From Octopus vulgaris (lineage: Eukaryota), in NCBI GenBank assembly GCA_951406725.2, contig OX597815.1, positions 3,348,001 to 3,412,000 on the forward strand: a DNA stretch of 64,000 nt, given 5' to 3'. Positions 59,093-64,000 of the stretch are shown here, piece after piece. The translations under genes were made by a program, and so were the position numbers. A model generated the notes under the pieces. That model saw nothing but the letters and a program-made list of their open reading frames with translations. It ran no database searches and had not been told where the DNA came from. Within the stretch, counting starts at the first letter, position 1. Every line of letters starts with the position of its first letter.

Positions 59093-59961
59093 ACGGCAAT
59101 AATAGTAACAAGAATTTCGGTGATGTGTGTTCAAATATGGACAAGGAAGAATTATGTGATTTTTTTAAAGACAAAATATCCAAAACAAACACACACACAC
59201 ACACACACACACAACACCACCACCACCACACACACAAACCACCACCACCACACACACACACACCACCACCACCACCACCACCACAACCACCACACACCAC
59301 CACCACTACTACTACAATCTCCACCACCACCACTACTACTACTGCTACCAACACCACTACTACTACTACTACCACCACCACCACTACTACTACAATCTCC
59401 ACCACCACCATTACTACTACTACCACCACCACCACCACCACCACCACTACTACTGCTACCAACACCACTACTACTACTACCACCACCACCACCACTACTA
59501 CTACAATCTCCACCACCACCATTACTACTACTACCACCACCACCACCACCACACACCACTACTACTGCTACCAACACCACTACTACTACAATCTCCACCA
59601 CCACCACCACTACTACACACATCTCCACCACCACCATTACTACTACTAGCACCAACATCACCATTACTACTACTAGCACCAACACCACCATTACTACTTC
59701 TACTACTAGCTGTGAAAGTAGATGACGAATAGATGTTTGCGATGATGTCTATAATGACAAGATCACCACCACCACCACCACAAACACCACCACCACCACA
59801 AACACCAACAACACCAACAACAACAACGACAACAACGACAATAATAGTAACAAGAATTTCGGTGATGTGTTCAAATATGGACAAGGAGAGTAGATGGCGA
59901 TGTGAAGGTGGATTGTAAAATAGAAACAGACAGGCAGAGAGAGAGAGAGACACACACACAA

Positions 59962-60004
<43 letters not shown>

Positions 60005-60125
60005 CAAACATACACACACAAACACACACAAACACACACATAAAACTCCCGATAAAGTAAAGTGTAAGAAAAAGCGAAGGAGAGTAGATGGCGATGTGAA
60101 GGTGGATAGTAGAATAGAAACAGAC

Positions 60126-60130
<5 letters not shown>
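58575..60130. repeat. (ACC/ACT)n compound repeat with local tandem duplications of unique blocks
   Basis: AGCTGTGAAAGTAGATGACGAATAG...GACAAGATCACC at ~58981 and ~59708; GGAGAGTAGATGGCGATGTGAAGGTGGAT at ~59885 and ~60079. Confidence 0.9.
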
Positions 60131-60184
<54 letters not shown>

Positions 60185-60422
60185 GACAGACAAAGAGAAA
60201 GAAAGAGAGAGATAGAGAGTAAGAGAGAGAAATAACGAGAGAGAGAGAGATACATAGAAACGTACATATATACATCCATAGAGAGCGAAAGAGAGTGGGA
60301 GGGGGGGAAGAGAGAGAGAGAGAGAGAGAGAGAAAAAAAAGAAAGAAAGAAAGAAAGGAAGGAAGAAAGAAAGAGAGTGGGAGGAGGGAGAAAGATAGAA
60401 ACAAAGAGAAAGAAAGGGAGGG

Positions 60423-60505
<83 letters not shown>

Positions 60506-60529
60506 ACAGACAGACAGACAGATAGAAAG

Positions 60530-60604
<75 letters not shown>

Positions 60605-60886
60605 GATAGAGATGGGGGCAGTGGAGAGAGAGAGGTGGGAAAATCGATGAGCCTGGAAGAATCGGTCGTGTGCTAAGAGTTGCTAAGACCAAACAGAAAT
60701 CTCATGAATAGGTAATCTGCATTCTAGTGGAAATCTCGGGCAGACGACCTTCATCCTATGCCTAGTCACGAATTTCACAATCCTGAACCGAGACGATAAA
60801 TGAACGAAATGACTTTTATAACCGCCATACCACACCGACAACCTAAACACCCCACCACTCCTTCCCAAAAAATATCGCCTCTATTA

Positions 60887-60954
<68 letters not shown>

Positions 60955-61012
60955 ATTATTAACATTATAATTATTATTATTATCATCGTTGTCGCTGTTG
61001 TTGTTGTTGTTG

Positions 61013-61044
<32 letters not shown>

Positions 61045-61102
61045 TTTATTCTATTATTGTTATTATTATTATTATAAATATTATTATTTATTATTATTAT
61101 TA

Positions 61103-61140
<38 letters not shown>

Positions 61141-61270
61141 GTTATTGTTGTTGCTGTTGTTGTTCTTGTTCTTGTTGCTGTTATTATTATTATTATTATC
61201 ATCATCATCATCATCATCATTAGTGTTGTTGTCATCGTTGTTGTTGTTGTCGTTGTTGTTGTTGCTATTA

Positions 61271-61331
<61 letters not shown>

Positions 61332-61379
61332 CATTATTATTATTATCATTATTATTATTATCATCATCATCATCATTAC

Positions 61380-61424
<45 letters not shown>

Positions 61425-61792
61425 CATTATTATTAATTTTTATTATGCTTATTACTGTTGTTGTTGTTGTAGTTGTTGCTTTTGCTCTTGTTATTGCTAT
61501 CATCATCATCATCATTATTAACAGTAATAATATTTTAATATCATCACCAACATCGACAGCACCATTACCATCGTCATCATCATCATCATCATCATAATCA
61601 ATATTATTATCATCAACAACAACAATAATATTGTTATCATTAACATTATTGTTATTCATAGTGGTGGTGGTGGTGGTGGTGAAGAAGTTGCTGTTACACC
61701 GGGCAAAATGCCTAGAGTCATTTCGTCCGTCTGCAACGTTCTGAGTTCAAATCCCGCCGAGGTCGATTTTGCCTATATATATATATATATAT

Positions 61793-63033
61793 AGCACCAT
61801 AGCATCATAATTTTAAAACATCTATAAAAGCAACAAAAGCTTGTTTATTTTTATGTTTTTTGATTTATTATTAGCGTTGCTTAATATGTTTTGCTAAAAT
61901 TGCTGTTTCTTTTCAGGTATCATCAGAAAAAGGTAATTAAAATTCATTAAAATGACAGATCTATCGGACTTTCAAAGAGGTCAAATTGTTGGTGCTCGTA
62001 TGGCAGGCGCTAGCGTGACGTAAACAACCGAAATGTTTGGTGTATCAAGAAATACTGTCTCGAAGGTAATGACAGCCTTTGAGAAAGCGGGAAAAATCTG
62101 CTTGCCGAAACAAAACTCCGGAAGAAAACTAAATCTTTCAGATAGGGACCGTCGGACTCTTACACGAATTGTTAGAAAGGATCACAAAAGTACATCTCCC
62201 CAAATTACTGCAGAGCTTAATGGCCACCTCGAGAACCCAGTTTCCCCAAAAACTGTTCACCGAGAGCTGCACAAAACAGTGTTTCACGGGAGGGCTGCAA
62301 TCAGAAAACCACTACTTTTAAAAACAAACGTTGCAAAGCGTTTAGAGTGGAGTAAAACCTTCAAAATTGGTCTTTAGAGCAGTGGGGAAATGTTATATTC
62401 TTGGACGAGTCATCCTTTACCTTATTTCCTACCACCGGCCGAGTATACATTTTGAGACAGCCAAAAGAAGCATTTGACCCAGGCTGCCTTCTTCCCACTG
62501 TTAAACATAGAGGAAGATCTGTAATGATCGGGGTGGGGTAGGGGCTTTATCTTGGAAATCCGCCGACCCAATGGTTTCCCTTCATGGCAGAATTAATAGT
62601 CAAGACTATTTAAGCATTTTATCTAATCAAATTCATCCTATGGTTGCGGAACTGTTTCCGGAGGGAAACGCAATCTTTCCTGATGATAATGCACCAATTC
62701 ACACAGCTAAAGTTGTTACTGAATGGCACGAGGAACATTCTAGTGAAGTTGAACATCTTATCTGGTCACCACAGTCCCCAGATCTCAACATTATTGAACA
62801 TTTATGGTGCATTTTAGAAAAACAGCTAGGGAGTCGATATCCTCCACAACAAGAGCTAGAGACTGGTTTAGCTGAAGAATGGACAAAAATTCCTTTGGAA
62901 ACAAATCAAACTTTGAACGAGTTCATACCTCGTAGAATTCAAGCTGTAATTACTGCCAAAGGCGGTCCTACCCCATATTAAAATGGATTTGTTTGAATGT
63001 TTAAGGTGTTTCCATTATTTTGTAGAACCCCTG
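61793..63033 (+). mobile_element. decayed Tc1-type DNA transposon (DD36E spacing), 5' TIR lost
   Basis: Transposase 61952-62981 reads MTDLSDFQRGQIVGARMAGASVT*...LDESSF...DDNAPIH...WSPQSPDLNIIEHLW...AKGGPTPY*, with a stop and frameshifts. 3' end ...TAGAACCCCTG|TA. Confidence 0.93.
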
Positions 63034-63130
63034 TATATTTAGTCAATTCAAATAAACAAACAGTTAAAAAACAGAAAAAAACGAATGTGTACAAGAAATA
63101 TATTAATTTGACGTTCGGTGAAGGGACAGA

Positions 63131-63173
63131 GCTGTTGTTAACTTTTCGAGCATAGCTCTTCGTCGGAAACAGC
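63131..63173 (-). ncRNA. degenerate CCGACGA-core hammerhead-like motif
   Basis: GTTT-CCGACGA-A-GAGC-TAT-GCTC-GAAA-AG-TT-AAC, in a diverged relative of the 13140-13340 repeat. Confidence 0.45.
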
Positions 63174-63254
63174 AAAGTCCAAAGACAAAGAAGGAAAAGT
63201 AAGGAAAAATCGCCAACAGTCCACATGCAGTTACAAACACCTGTTCTTATGTCC

Positions 63255-63297
<43 letters not shown>

Positions 63298-63596
63298 GTA
63301 TTTTGTATTTATATACGTGTAACATCGTCGGTTTTTCCGTCCTTGTTTTCGAATACATTCGATGCTTTCTTCCAAGGAATCTAATGCTCTTAGCTTAGTT
63401 TTTCCTTGGAGCTGGCCGGATTGGAGCAATCTCAAGATTAATCAGCCGAAATTGCGAGGATGTTCCGGTTCTTGACTGAGGATAGAAAACTTCGAATGAC
63501 CCGTCCTTGTTTTTTTGTATCGTCTATCTGGATGTTAATTGTCCCCTTTTGTATCACCTAGTTGTTTGGATGTTTTGCGTTCTTGTCCCATTTTGT

Positions 63597-63675
<79 letters not shown>

Positions 63676-63740
63676 TTGGGATTTAGTTTGCAAGATTCTT
63701 TATGTGAGTTCGTGTGTTGAAGCATATTCTGTTTTATGAC

Positions 63741-63914
63741 TGGGGAGACTCATTCTCTTCTGGTGCCTTATTATTTAACACATTCACCGGTAAAACACCA
63801 TTGAAAATATTTCAAGAAGCATCGAACATTTTAGAAGAACAAATAAGTAAATGAGTGGAAATTTACCGGTGAGTGTGTTAAATTATGAGCCACTAAAAGA
63901 GAATGACTCTCCCC
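63741..63914. repeat. imperfect inverted repeat in a dispersed element (related sequence at ~44140-44250)
   Basis: GGGGAGACTCATTCTCTT...TTTAACACATTCACCGGTAAA vs TTTACCGGTGAGTGTGTTAAA...AAGAGAATGACTCTCCCC. Confidence 0.7.
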
Positions 63915-64000
63915 AAACACAACTGTATACACACAAACACACACAGAAGTACATCTGTCCCTATCGTTTTTGCAGCGATGGGGACAGACGTACTTCTTGC

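Noticed and set aside
58426-59725. Pro/Thr/His-rich mucin- or extensin-like ORFs
   Set aside because: Trinucleotide repeats open in several frames on both strands, with no splice or domain evidence.

Overview
This is eukaryotic, AT-rich DNA packed with microsatellites. Its SINE families and simple-repeat load strongly resemble an octopus (coleoid cephalopod) genome; that assignment is an inference. Almost all ORFs in the supplied track are artefacts of simple repeats. The only host gene I can support is single-minded (sim, bHLH-PAS) on the minus strand. Three internal coding exons are present (38757-38668, 10264-10156, 8522-8437) with canonical AG/GT ends and compatible phases, separated by introns of ~28.4 kb and ~1.6 kb. 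I did not find the bHLH exons or the downstream PAS-B exons, so they probably lie outside the window. The rest is intronic and contains: at least three tRNA-derived SINE families, a 5S rRNA pseudogene, a near full-length decayed Hsmar1-like mariner, a decayed Tc1-type element with DD36E spacing, MITEs, a non-autonomous Helitron, CR1/L2- and Tx1-like LINE ends, and RLE-type (R4/NeSL-like) fragments lodged in microsatellites. The most striking unannotated signal is a set of about 10 minimal type-I hammerhead ribozyme motifs from several Penelope-like repeat families. They have palindromic stem III, covarying stem I and recurrent variant cores (CCGACGA, CUGUGGA); one pair is inverted, and several lie on the sim pre-mRNA strand.
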